A stretch of 64,000 nt of DNA, taken from assembly GCF_022539665.2 (NCBI RefSeq), contig NC_081331.1, forward strand, positions 13,888,001-13,952,000, written 5' to 3'. The notes under the pieces are model-generated. The model searched no databases, was not told where the DNA came from, and saw only the letters and a program-made list of their open reading frames with translations. A program made the translations under genes and the position numbers. Shown here piece after piece: positions 14,288 to 27,234 of the stretch (position 1 is its first letter; the number at the start of each line of letters is the position of its first letter). This stretch comes from Daphnia carinata. Its lineage: Eukaryota.

Positions 14288-16074
14288 GTTCTTTTCTTAT
14301 TTCGTCATTGTTTCGCCAGTTTCAATCGCGTACGGGCAGTTTGCTTTGCTTGTCGTCCACTCGTTTCTTCTTCCGTTGGATTGTTACGACAAGCGATAAA
14401 AGTCCCCACCAGCAAATGTAACATGAAGCAATTACTTTAAAGCAAAAAAGAAAGAAAGAGGGGAAAAAAAAAAAGAGAAAACCCAATGTCCTAGAGGAAA
14501 TGAGCTTATAAAGATCCTCTGTATAGACATTTATTTTATATATTTCTTAACTGAAGAAAAAGCGGGAGCAAGCGCGTCCCGACCTTTGACGTGAGTAATG
14601 CGCTCCCCTCTGCGCTATTTACCGTGCGGCCTTTTTTTTGTTCGTTGTTGTAATAACTGGCTCGAGCACCACCGCCGCTTCTGTTTTTAACTGAGGAAAC
14701 CGAGACCGCAGTTGCCCCCTACACTCAACTATTAGCACAAGGGACAATTTTGGTTGTTTTTGCTTTTCTTCGGGTTGATCGCTTTGCAAATACGGAGCCG
14801 ATGAACGTCGCATTTTTCAACGTGAATGTGCGCAGTGCTAAACGTAACGCGCTACAACAATGCCAACTGCGCGCATTAGGCAAGTTCAACATTTTTCCTG
14901 TTGGTTACCCCACAAACTGAGGCCGCCCAGCTGATGGTGAAATCTCGGCGAAAGTTTTTTTTTTTTTGTTAAAACCTTTTCCTTATGGATTCCCTTTCAA
15001 AAGTCAATACGTATTTCTTTTTTTTTTAATGCAACAACACGGAAAGCCAATCAAGATTTATTTTTAAACTTCTCACTATATCTCGATAGACGTCTAAGCG
15101 TTATAAACAAACTGTGTGCACAACAGCCACTTCAGATTCGGGAGTGAGGTACACCGACGAGCACAAAATGCATTTTCGCTTTTTTTTTTTTATTTTTTAT
15201 GTTTTTTGCTGCTTCATTATAACGATGGGTTGGTTTCTAGCGCATAGCGTGCACAGATTTACGGTCAGTTTGAAAAATAACGAGCTGGTCACGTCTCTTA
15301 TTATCATTTTTTGGGTTTCTTTGCATGGGAGAGATCTCATCATTTTCTTTTCGACCAAAAATTGCTTTTTTTTTTTGGCTTTTTTTCCTGGGCAAAACTC
15401 CGCGAACGCTTATCCTTTCAGCATGTAACCCTTAATAGTTTTTTTTTTACATGAAACCGAGCGTGAACAATACACCCACAATGGCCAGTTGGCATTTGTT
15501 GTTTTTTTTTTTGGGTGTAGTCGCCCCTCTCCCGAACAGATTTCACGGCTGAAATAATAACGGTAGCTCTTCTGAATGTTAAACGGGCGGATCGTTTAAA
15601 CGACACCCATTCTATTGCGATAAAGTTCTTCTTGGAAGAAGTCAAATAAAACGGAAAACGAAAGTGAACGATTCAATGCCCTAAACGTGGCCATTCTTTA
15701 TCTCTACAATGAACATATTATCAGAATAGCCTCACCTGCGATGAATGTCCAAAAGATATGCCTCGTAAAAAAGCAAAAACAGGGAGGTAGTTCTCTATAA
15801 AAAAAAAATGAACACCATAGAGATTGGCGTGGTGTTAGATTGTACGGCATCGATTGCAACGTAAATTGGCTCGTTCTCTCCTGCTGACTTTTTCTCGCCA
15901 TTTCAACAAAAAATAAAAAAAAATAAAGATGGATACGATCCATTGTGAGAAAAGAGAAACAGGTGATGTTTGCATCTTGTGTAGAAAGGGTCAGCCTCCA
16001 CGCTATAAAAAAAATAAATAAAAATAAAAACCTTTCACGCGCCGTGCGTTACGCAATAACGTTCAATCAGCTAT

Positions 16075-16076
<2 letters not shown>

Positions 16077-16112
<36 letters not shown>
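16077..16112. repeat. (GA)18 microsatellite
   Basis: Read directly. One of many GA/CA microsatellites in 4.3-17 kb and 42.5-53 kb. Confidence 0.9.
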
Positions 16113-16116
<4 letters not shown>

Positions 16117-16769
16117 AGACGAAAGTTGCATCGATGAAGACGATCCATAGTCAGGCCCTCATCAACCACTTTTTGAAAATGTAAAGGTTCTGAGACCGGT
16201 CGTTTTCTTCATTTCTTCGTGATGGCGATGACTCTCTCTCTCTCTCTCTCTCTATGTTCATACTAGGAAAAAGAGAAACAAAAAAAAAAAAAAGGAACGG
16301 CTGATTCTGAGACCTTGACACAACCCACACCTGTGTGTCCTTTTTTCCACCATCCTGCGACCTCCTCCAGAGGACTCGATGGATTCCCTTTCGATGTTGA
16401 ACACACAACGGGCTTGGTCCGAGTTGTGTATGTAGTCACGTGTATGCACGATGGTTATCCTGCATGCGTTGGGCACCACGACATACCTCACGTTACAAAA
16501 CACACATTAAAACATCATTTTTCCTTCGCATATTTAATATAGCTGTTCGGAGAAATCGAGACATTTAGCACAAGTTTATTTTAGAAAACGTCCTTGTCCT
16601 TTGTGTGTATGAAATGGGTACACGTCAAGTATAGGCCATCTTTACCCTGCAGGGTTTGATGCGTGTTTGTGTGTATGAGCGTAATTGACGATGGAGAGAG
16701 TGAGAAAAAACAAAACAAACATATCTGGAACGCGACAAATCCCACCACCATCAAATAGCTAGAGCGTAT

Positions 16770-16790
16770 GGGGGGGGGGGGGGGGGGGGG
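16770..16790 (+). repeat. G21 homopolymer
   Basis: Read directly; the length may be assembly-dependent. Confidence 0.85.
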
Positions 16791-19700
16791 CTTAATAAGG
16801 TTCTTTCTTTCGCTCCCATGTGCATGCAATTTTACCTTATTATAGAATAACTATCGGCTTTCATTCGATCTAGGCCAAGAGAAGGTGTCAAGTCTACATA
16901 AAACCTTAATGAACGCTGTGTGACCAACGTTGAAAAGAGGCGTTACGATCAATTTTTCCGATGAGCAAACTCATTGAGCCACGCCAGCCATTGAAGTAAC
17001 AGCAGCAGGGAGTTGTCGAAATTTTCTTCTTTTTCTTTTTTTTTTTGGAGTGGAAATTTATGACATCCTTTACCGTTAACTCTCTGCGGGTTGCAGCATA
17101 TCATCATCCTCACATACACACACAGCGCATATCCAGTCGGCTAATCGTATGCGTTTCGTACATATTTACGCTATTGCGACGTGTGTCTACCTTAAAGGTT
17201 CTTTAGCTTAAAGATTTTTAAATTATTTGATGAAAACGCATTTATTTCAATTGTCATGTAAACCAACTGGTAATGTTCTTTAATATTCTGCTATGCATTC
17301 TTATCTGTTGAAGTTGACAACTTGATGACACGTAGAAGTGGCGATAATCAAAGAGGGCACATGCGACACACACAAAAGAATGTTCCCCTATTGTCTCCTT
17401 GTGTTGGACGAAAGTTGGGGTACATCAAGACTCGAATCAAAATCATGTCCTACCATCACAACAGTTCAGTTGGGTACAGTGACATTTTTTATTTTTGCAG
17501 ACCTTATTTGCATGCGGAGAAAAGAGCTTTCTCTAGTTTGGAACTAGTTCTCAATTCACGTTGCCGGGGTGATCTACTTTTTTGCGTCGTGACTTAAATG
17601 CGAGTGAATACTCCTTTTTTTTTTTCTACTAATTCTGTGGAGCTAAAAATTTAAATTTATGATCGGCACAGCTGGAACCATTTATTGGCTCCAATGTTTA
17701 CAGCCATAACTTTCACTCGCCATTTCCGGTCATTCAAGCTGGTCATTGTTGGATTTTTTGTTTTCTTTAAAGAAGAGCAAAACACGTTTGATTTGGAAAG
17801 CTCCTCGCTTGTGCGGGTGAAGGGAGGGTGTTGATTTTATCGGATAGAACGTGATCGATAATGAAGCAGCGTCAGCTCAAAATATGTGCCCGTCATTGTG
17901 AAACTGTGTTTTATTTGAATAAACGAGCGAATACAAAGAACCTCTAAATATGGTTAGCACCTCACATGAGCCAGCTGAACAGAATACTCTCTAAACCTTG
18001 TGTTATTATAGTAATTCATGTTTTGGAAATCTCGTCCGCGTTTCCTTTCTGATCTAAATCCGCGTGCATCATTCGTTCTATAGCAGACGTTACTTAAACG
18101 GCCATCGGTAATTAGTCCGTACCATTAAGCGACGGCCTCAATGTGCTGAATTGGACTAGAAATCCAGGACGCTTCGTGTCGAACGACGCATCACGCTCCT
18201 ATTAATATAACTCGGTTTAAACATCTAATGGAGCGTATACAGTAAGCTTGTTTCGTGTAATGATGGAGCTCAACGCTCAGACGAATGACACGACAGATTA
18301 GGCATGAGGTGAACGTTGCATCAATTCAACTTTTTAGGGGAGGGGGGGATGAGGCAAGGTCGAAAGAGTGCACGTCACGCGAGCCAATCTATCCCTTCAC
18401 TAAAGGCAGACGGGATGCCCTGTAAGTACAGGTGTAGGAGGAATGCGATGCACATAGAGAGAACGCATCCCGCATTTGTTTTTTTTTTCAAGTGAAATTG
18501 AAAGTGCCTGTTGTTTCTATAGTAGAGCGCGTCCTTGGCGAAGTCGTGAGATCCTCTTTGATGTTCACGATTTTACATTACACCGGTTGCTTCCCTTTCT
18601 CGAAAATGGATGGCGTCAATCGAAGGCCGTTTATGCGAAATTAGGCAATCAAACTCGAATCCAAGGCGGAGTGCCTTCTTTGGTGAGGTATTTCAGTTGT
18701 CACATTCATGCCAATCGTCGATTATCTCTTCACGTCAATGTTGACGGACGAAGGCTTCATAAACGAATGCCATAATGACACGGGCTTTAACATTTCGCTC
18801 TTCCACAGATGTTAAAGAAAGAAACTTGTTTTTATTTTGAAACAGAATTCTGCAATAAAGTGCATTTTCGAGTCGGATGGAAATCTTTGATGGGAATTGT
18901 CAATCATCGTGGACGGGCGATTGTTTTCTTTTTGTGGCACAACAGGCATGAAATGCCATCGCTTTTGCAGGTTGTCATGGAACCTTGGGCGTTCAATAAA
19001 GGTTTTTTCGTGCAGTCAGAGCAATATAAATCACAAAGCAAAAAGAGACTGAATTTATGCCGCATCCATCCAATAATTTAAAAAGAAAAAGTCCATTGTT
19101 TTCAAGAAAAAAGAAAAATTATTAAATGAAATGGGACTGGATAAGTGGATGAATCTACCCACCGTCTCCAAAGCGAAATGCATGGCACGAACGCGCGTAC
19201 AATTTTTCTCAATGAGGCAATTCTCCTCATCGCTCCTATTTTTCTTCTGTTGGAAAAAAATTCAGCTTGTTGTGTATTTACTGGAAGGCAGATTGTCACT
19301 AGACGACAGAGATCTCTTTGAAAGTTATCGAAATAAATGGTAAAAACAGAACAGGGGTTGTCTGTTTTAATAATAAAAAGTGGGTCGCATGGCGTCCCGT
19401 AGAGCTGTGTGAACTGCTAATCCTGCATGACTTGAAACCGTACCTAATCGGTTAATCATGGACAGTTTCATTTCTGCTTAATGGGCACCGTGAGATACTA
19501 CATGTCTGGAATGCGATCTCAAAGACGTGCATATTTTGTTAATCGAGGCTAGACGAGGCCGTAAACATGATCAAACGTTGGCTGATTATAGAGGCGGGAA
19601 GATTAACAAATGGTCAATTCAAATGGCATCATCAATTTTTATTGCCATAGCTTGTTTTGGACGAGTTGCATAGTAGAACAGACAGACAGACAGGCAGGAA

Positions 19701-21496
19701 TGAAAGCATTCTAATTGGAATCTTACCAACCTTAGGATGCGCGGCTGATTTGCTGCAGATATTTGACCTTGCCGCCAGAATGCATTTCTTTCGGACTTTT
19801 TTTAAAGAATTTATTTTGTAATGTTTTGAACGAATTATTGTAACGTGCTGCTACCTTACGCTTAAAGAAGAAACTCGTTGCCATGTGCGGCAAAAAAAAA
19901 AAATGAAGAAAAAAGAATTCCTTGGCTTGTTTAACCTGGTATGGCTACATCCTTTTGTCGCAATTTGCATCTACTACAATCACGATGCGTCATCTTGATA
20001 ATCAATCATCGAGAATCCCTTATTATCTCAAAATGGACTTTTTGATGAAGATTCATTATCTTTGCTCAACAAAGCAAAGCAAAGAAAAAAAAAACACATC
20101 GTGTCTATTGTTCTCTTATAAAACAATAGAATCTATAGCGTTTGGCGTGAGCAGTAAGAAACTGGTTTAACATTGAAACTGTTTTTCTAGCCTTCGCCTC
20201 GCGTCATTAGCTCAATTTATTATTCCAGTTTGTTTTTTCACCTTTAAGCGTTCAAGGTTCAACGTTCCAAAACTGTTACTTTTTTGAAATGGTCGTTGCA
20301 TCACGTCTGCAAAAATGAGTCCGAAGGTTGCAGCCTAAATTTTATACATTCTCAATTTTCAATCAGGCTTGTCTAGTATCGCAAAGTCCTCTCGCAGATT
20401 GCGTTACGTATTTCAACACACACAAAAGAAAGAAAGATTAAAACGTAAAAGCATTTTGTTTCAGCTTATGCCATCAGATTTATCTCGGAATAGAGAAACC
20501 CTTTTAAAGTCGCGCGATGGATTTACACACAGCCTTACGGAGAGAGGAGAAAAAAAAAAAAAATAGAATGTATGATGTTGTCGATCCTCGCGGCAACTAT
20601 TCAAATGGCTGTTAGATGAAATACTATTTTTCCTTTCTCTATACTGGTTGGTAACCTTAGCGTGCGTGTTAGTCGCCAGAATAACAAACACAGACTGGGT
20701 TATGAGGCGGATCTAGGCTATATAGACATGATTCACTGATACGGGCGCTCACCCACCAAAATAAATCGAATTTGAATTCTGTTTTTGGCTTTGTCAAAGA
20801 TCCACAGGTTCACCGGCAGAATTTCAATGACAGTCGCAACTCCGTAATAGGCAATCGAAATATAAAATCTGCCGCCAAACAGTTTCGCTTTTATTCATGA
20901 ATAACGAGAATCCCTTGAAGATGACCAAAATGATCACGAGAGATCACTTAAAAATTGGATAAACTTGACGCTTAAAAAATCGTTTCTTCGTACAGATTAA
21001 TCCTGCTCTAGTCGTGTGTGTGTAATGAGAAAATGTTTGGGCGAGGGCAGTGTTTTCTGTTTGGAGATTTACAATTATTAGGTTAACAGACACAAGGTTC
21101 AAATAGACCATGGTAAGGAGAGAGGGCGATCCCCAAAATTATCTAACTCGTTTTAGAATATAGGCTATGCTTCTAAGATAACAATGGCCATCTAATCTAA
21201 TATTCTAGTTGTCTGTAGGGTCCACAAAACTCGACCACATTAGACATGCACGTTTTGAAAAAGGATTATCGAGTACGGGGACATTCGCTCCGTGAAAAAT
21301 ACCGGTTTGTCACAAGAGCACTTTCAAACGTGCAAAAGTGTTTCTATAGTATCATAGGTACACATAGTCAATACACTATAGTACTATGAAGGGAGAAAAA
21401 AAAAACTGAAAATGAAAATGATGTCACAACGGGGCGCGGTTGCCTTGTAAGAGACAGTTCCAATTGGTAAAATGAATAATCCCGCCGAAAAAAAAA

Positions 21497-21579
21497 AAAT
21501 TAGGTCATGTAAAAATTGGTAGCCCCTTCACTAGATTTGTAGGTATATAAGAGGCGATAGAGTGTTCTGCCTATCATTC
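21497..21579 (+). promoter_or_regulatory. RR-1 gene A core promoter: RORE-like site, TATA box and Inr
   Basis: AAATTAGGTCA at 21497-21507, TATATAA at 21544-21550 and TCATTC at 21574-21579, in canonical TATA-Inr spacing. Confidence 0.7.
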
Positions 21580-21603
21580 GTTCGACAAATCAAACAAGTC
21601 AAC

Positions 21604-22264
21604 ATGAAGCTGGTAAAGAAATTGAACAGCCTCAGCAACAACTTTGCATTTTTTTTTTATTGCGCATTTGATAACCATTTTGCATTCATTCTGATAGTTC
21701 ATCGTCGCTGTTCTCGTTGCCGCTGCTTGCGCAGCTCCTTCCAGCTACCCATCGTACGAGAAGAAGTACGAGAAGGACTACAAATACCCAGAGATCGTTG
21801 TCACCAGCCAGTCCGATGAGCGCAACCTCGATGGCAGCAGCCAATGGAAGTAAGCATTCATTTCACTTTAAACAAATGCAACTGACTAATCGCACATTCG
21901 CAATGTTTACAGCTACGCCCAGTCTGACTACACTACCCGTGAAGAATCCCAAGTCCAGAAGAAGATGCAAGGAGTTAAATACGATTCTTACGGAAAGGCC
22001 ACCTACGAGGATGTTATGGGCAACACCAACAAGGGATCATCCTACTGGATCTCCCCCGAAGGCGAGAAATTCACTTTGACCTGGGCTGCTGATGAGGCTG
22101 GTTTCGCCCCTAAGGGTGAACACTTGCCCGTTGCTCCCGTCCATGTCTACGAACTCCCAGTTGCTCCAGTCCATGAGTACGAGCTCCCAGTTGCTCCCGT
22201 CCACGAATACGTTCTCCCCGTCGCCCCCGCTCTCCCCTATTCCCGCACCGGACCCGGTTATTAA
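21604..22264 (+). CDS. RR-1-type chitin-binding cuticular protein A (170 aa); exons 21604-21612, 21698-21849, 21913-22264
   Basis: MKL|FIVAVLVAAACA signal peptide; SQSDERNLDGSSQWN/YAQSD...KGSSYWISPEGEKFTLTWAADEAGFAPKGEHLP is a Rebers-Riddiford RR-1-like domain. GT-AG introns keep the frame (513 nt total). Confidence 0.93.
22124..22228 (+). repeat. 30-nt coding tandem repeat (LPVAPVH[VE]Y[EV] x3.5)
   Basis: Period of 30 nt visible in both DNA and protein. Confidence 0.9.
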
Positions 22265-22903
22265 ATTATTTAACTGCCATTGACGCCCGAATATGAATTC
22301 GAGCGATGCCATGTCTTGTTTAATTAATTTATGTGAAATACAATAACGACCCTATCTCTTTTGAACATCAAACAAAGTGATCTGCTGGTTGCGGTTAACA
22401 ACAATGACTCGTGAATTGCAAATACGAAACGAATATCAATTCACCTGTTGTTTTGGTAAGGTGTTTCGTTTCGACATGATGATTAAAACGAAGAAGTGCA
22501 TGTAGGAGTGTGACCCACTTTTACATTCTCTACTTCCACCTTCTATTTGAAACCAAGTTGGATTTTGACATACAACAGAAAATGAAAGTTTTGATGGGTG
22601 ATTCATTCTTTCGTGACAGACTCATAGGAGAACTTGTATTCGAACGTAAAAACAAAAAACAAATGTTTAAAACTAATGCTATACACACGTTTATACTAAA
22701 TCAACCACCGGCCTTTACTCACCAAGCAAGGCCCACGCCCCACTCCCGTGCGAATATCGTGAACATAAGGGGCGGAGGAGGAAAGGTTACCTGTTGCAGG
22801 TAATACAAGTAAGTATCAACAGATGGACACGCTTAGAAAGAGTCCCTCAGCGTGAATCGTATTTATCTGGCCGTGCAATTTCAGTCAATGACGTCATTCA
22901 ACT

Positions 22904-23654
22904 TTAAAATCCTGTGACGAACGTGATGGGATGATTCAGTTCAAATGGAAGAGGTCCGAAAGCGAAAGGATCAGCCATTCTGTAAGCATCTACATCGTTG
23001 TTATGAGGCACCGTATTGTAAGGAGTAGGAATGGGAGGGTTCCGGGCCATACCGACCGGATAGGCGCCTGGAACCTTTTCGGGATGCACGGTATTGTAAG
23101 GAGTAGGAATGGGAGGGTTCCGGGCAGTACCGACGGGATATGCGTTTGAAACGGCAGGTGAACCACCAACGGAAATCGGATTGATCTGCTGGACAACAGG
23201 AGCGTTTAAAACGACTTGAGTGGCGGGCACGGCTGGCGCATGTACTGGAGCGTAAAAGGGCAGCTGAACGGGGAGATCCACTGGAGCTTTGACTGAAACT
23301 GGACGCGGAATGATGGCAGGTGCGACTCTAATGGCAGGAACTGGAACTGCAGAACGGGCGGGAACGTTACGCGTGATGGAGACGGAAGCATCGATTCCTG
23401 CACTCGGTTTGTGATTGATGCTGTACGCGACGTTCGTGCCATCTTTGTTGAAGAAAACGCTACTCCGGCTGACAGGAGTCCGTTTTCCTAATCGGCTGTT
23501 GGTGTAGGCAACTGAAGCGCATTCAGCCGCAACCAAGAAGACAGCGAACAAGAAGAACGTGGCCTACGAAGTTCCAGCATTGAAATCCAAAATGAATCGG
23601 TTTGTCCGTTTAGCATTGAGTTACAGAGATCCATTTGGTACTTACAGTTTTCAT
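22904..23654 (-). CDS. Secreted Pro/Val/Ala-rich putative cuticular protein without R&R domain, array member 1 (222 aa); exons 23654-23646, 23563-22904
   Basis: ATG AAA ACT|gtaagt, acceptor ttcgtag, signal MKTATFFLFAVFLVAAECA, motif DGTNVAYSINH, TATATAAA at 23745-23738. Confidence 0.88.
23009..23144 (-). repeat. 78-nt coding duplication (AYPVG[TM]ARNPPIPTPYNTV x2)
   Basis: Near-identical blocks begin at 23009 and 23087. Confidence 0.9.
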
Positions 23655-25714
23655 GGTAAGGCTAACGTGTTGAATCCTTTTGCTTTCGAGAAGCTACTGG
23701 CGAACAGACTGCTTGATGATTCACTGCATCGTGTGGGTTTATATAGAAGACGGGTGTGTGCAGTTCCTAATCTTCTTGTTACACTTCCTCCATTCGGATG
23801 GGTGCGGTCTCGACCTTCCAAAAGGAAGCGAAATCTCTTTTTACACAAGCGATCAAGGACCTTGACAGGGAAGATGTTGTTCCCCCCAATGTCGTCAAGT
23901 GTTGTCCTTCTGTTGTTGATAGCCACAGGTAATACTGAAATTTGCTTCTTTTTATTCATCCATTGACGAATTAAGAGGTAACTGGTAATCAAGGTCTTTT
24001 ATGCTGCAAGATTGAAATCGTATCGTCTCCGTCACGAACACTTCCTCTTTGAAACATCGCACACAATGATTTGTTTATCTTCTGTCACTGGCAGCATGAA
24101 CACCCTTTTTTCCATCATTAAATGCACAAGTTATGCATAAACAGTTGACTCAACGGCCAATTTGTGTAATTTCCTTATACGGTTTTCGACAGGTTTTTGT
24201 GTCTTACAAGTGGGTGCATGTTTGCTATAAAATGCAATATGAAGTTGCATCCCTAAACACTTGATTTTGTTCTTCAAGGTTCTCTTGCAGTTTTTGTTAG
24301 TTGCGCAATAGTAATGGAGATTTGAAATTGGGAAGACTACAAAAGAATCAAGGACATCTATGAGGTTTTCCCATAGAGCATTTTTTAAAAGCGTATTTGA
24401 CTGATGTAGGCATGCCTTTACATCGACAAAGTTTGTTTCGAAATTTTTGAATAATTTAATCGAATTTGTGACTATAAAACTCCCGTCTCATGGCCAATAA
24501 ACGAGTCTTTCCGTCCCACCTGTATTTATCAACAAAAATCCATTAACCAGCCATTGCCATTAAATTCAGCCGCGTCAGTTCATTAAATGCGAGCGGCTAA
24601 AGCCAACATTTTTATTTTATTCCATCAGGTGGACCTAAAAATAACAATTCGTGGTACTAACGCAATGGTGGACACGTTCGATCCTACATAACGCTAACAC
24701 TTAAATGATGTCGAAATTCGAAAAATCCCAAAATGCCACCTTCTTCTTGCAGCTGTTTCATAAAACTAAATTCGAAATGAATTTTTCTGTGAAATTATTC
24801 AGAAATCCCAGAACAACTGCTAACATTGTTTTGTGTCCCGAGAAATCTTGTTTTACCAAGAATACTTTTAATACAGAGGTTCACGCTGGAATGAAATTGC
24901 AACATGGCATAATTTAAAAAAATGAAGGCCTGTATGACTATCAAACTAACCCTTAAATGCTCTATAAGCTTTCTAGACTCGCAGTCAAAATGCTCTTATC
25001 GGACATGGGGTGCAAATAACAATTACATGGTGAAAACAGATGTATACGGTCAGGTGCACTTCGCCAGGAAGTTAGCCTTTGTTAAAAGTGCGTGACCTTC
25101 GATATTTACAATCAAAGAGAAAAGGGGGAGGTAACGGGAGAAGAAACGAGTTTTTTTTCAGCTCATGTTCAACTTCTCCGTTCTACTTATAGAATCAGTT
25201 AGGTTGTTAGTTATGGCGAGCGGAGAAGCCTTGGAAACCATCACGTATGCCGGATGAATCAGCTTTGAGTGAGCCAATCAAGGTCTCTCAACTCTGAAAA
25301 CAAAAAATGTGATGAAAATGTGGCAAAACTTTTGTTCCCGTCCAATGCAGATGTCGCGACAAGGCACGTTTACAAGTTCCACCAGAAAATAAAAATTCGA
25401 AATATTTTTTCTCACAACAAATGCTCATTAAATCCACATTTTTAACATTTATGCCTTTTGTTTCAAACGCGTTAAATAACGCCGGCTACAAACACCCGCG
25501 CCTAAACTCAGCTCTTTAATCAATTCCTGAAAATTCATTTTATACGATCCCATCAACCTTTCGTTTTAGTTCGGATATAAAGTCTCAGTCGCACAAGCCT
25601 CACGTAATAAAAAATGTAAAATTGAAAAAAAAAATGCTGTTTTTATTCGGCTACATTCATGATTTGCTTTGGTGTCGTGCAATATTTATGAGACGAGCGA
25701 GGAGCTATCGCTAC

Positions 25715-26263
25715 TCACGCTACCAAAATGAATCCTGGGTGACCAGCATGCGGGTAATAAGGTGCGTAAAAGTAAGGATAATAAGTGTCTAAGTAATGTT
25801 TCGGTTGACGCAATGTCATTAACGGGCTGTGAAGACCATGGTCGGCGTACAAAAGTGAAGTGTGGAGGCCAGCGGATGGTTGGACTGGAGCTGGGACGTG
25901 ATGAGGAGTAGCGGAAACGTGAACAGGAACGTGGATTGGAGCTGGGACGTGATGAGGAGTAGCGGAAACGTGAACAGGAACGTGGACTGGAGCCTCTTGG
26001 ACATGATGGACGGGCTCTGTTCGGCTTACAGAAACAAAAGCGTTGGGCCCTCCGTGGGGATCCGGACGGTGATTGATGCTGTAAGCGATTCTACTGCCAC
26101 CCATGTTGAAATGAACGTCACTTCGGCTGACTCCGGCAGAGACAGCTGCGATGAACGCCAAGAAAAATACGCATACCTAGTTTTGATTAACATAAAGGTA
26201 TTAAACGTGAAAATGCTGTGAGTTTAAAGGTAAAGAATTTGAATCAATACTTACAGATGTCAT
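25715..26263 (-). CDS. Secreted His/Pro/Val-rich putative cuticular protein, array member 2 (156 aa); exons 26263-26255, 26176-25715
   Basis: ATG ACA TCT|gtaagt, acceptor aactag, signal MTSVCVFFLAFIAAVSA, motif GGSRIAYSINH, TATATAAA at 26348-26341, AATAAA at 25647-25642. Confidence 0.88.
25881..25993 (-). repeat. 51-nt coding tandem repeat (AP[VI]HVPVHVSATPHHVP x2)
   Basis: Two almost identical 51-nt units plus a partial third. Confidence 0.9.
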
Positions 26264-27234
26264 CGTCGGAGCCGAGCGTTGTACGTTCAGTATTGCACAG
26301 AAACAGAAAATGTATTGAATGTGCATTGAAAATTGGTCCGTTTATATAGTGCAAACTGACCACACAATAAAATTTCACGGTTAATTGTTTTTCAATACTC
26401 GATTATTATTTTTATGGCTCAAAATCGAGTTCCGGTGGGGTGCGGTTCTTATATATACTCTCAAGCCTTTTGTAAAAGGTCTATTTACCTATACCAGTTT
26501 CCGGACGATTTGAAGCCTTCGCCGAGGGTGAAGGTGAAACGGCAGGTGGAATTTCAAGGCCTGTCGCAATATAACACTGCCTATCTTTAGTCTCCGATCT
26601 CACGTCTTTTTGTTTGGCCTCACACAAAGACTTGTGGAACCCAACATCCTTTTTTTCCCATGCAACAATCATTTATTTTTTGCATTTCTGCTTGTGATTT
26701 TTACTGTCGACGACCTAATCTGTATTCAGGTTAAACCTCTAGCGTTAAAGGCCTCCCCCGGTGTCACGGTTTGATTGTTATAACAACACAATATGCATTG
26801 GCGTATTATTGTGATACTTCCCACTTTGACCATGAAAATGCGTTTTTATTTCTTTTGTTTTTTATTGACCCTTTTTTTTACGACGTGAATCCCGCAGCGG
26901 TTCCAACTGCATGTTGTTAACAAGACAAGCCGAGTGCTGAATGAACGAATGGACTTTATCTTGGACATGGCAACAATTGTCATGCAAAACAGGTATTGCA
27001 ATAACGCGCCACACCGACTAGTTTTTTTTTTTTTTTTCTTTTGCGTTCAGCAGGTGAAGATGGTTGTTTTTTTTTTTTTTTTTGCTAGTTTTTGAATAAC
27101 GTTTATTGTGCGATTAATGTTTTAAAAATTAAACGAGATACACCTGAATGAATAAGACAGTATGATCCAATTGGCAGGTTCTTTTCCCATCAGTCATAAG
27201 TTAAACATAATAATAATTTGAGCCAACAAATTGA

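Noticed and set aside
4372..20691. Many 60-170 aa ORFs rich in poly-Phe, poly-Lys, ER or LS
   Set aside because: Translations of homopolymers and microsatellites, with no consistent splice structure or protein signal.
21346..21388. Short ctatagt/catagt palindromic cluster upstream of gene A
   Set aside because: Arms are too short and AT-rich to distinguish from chance.
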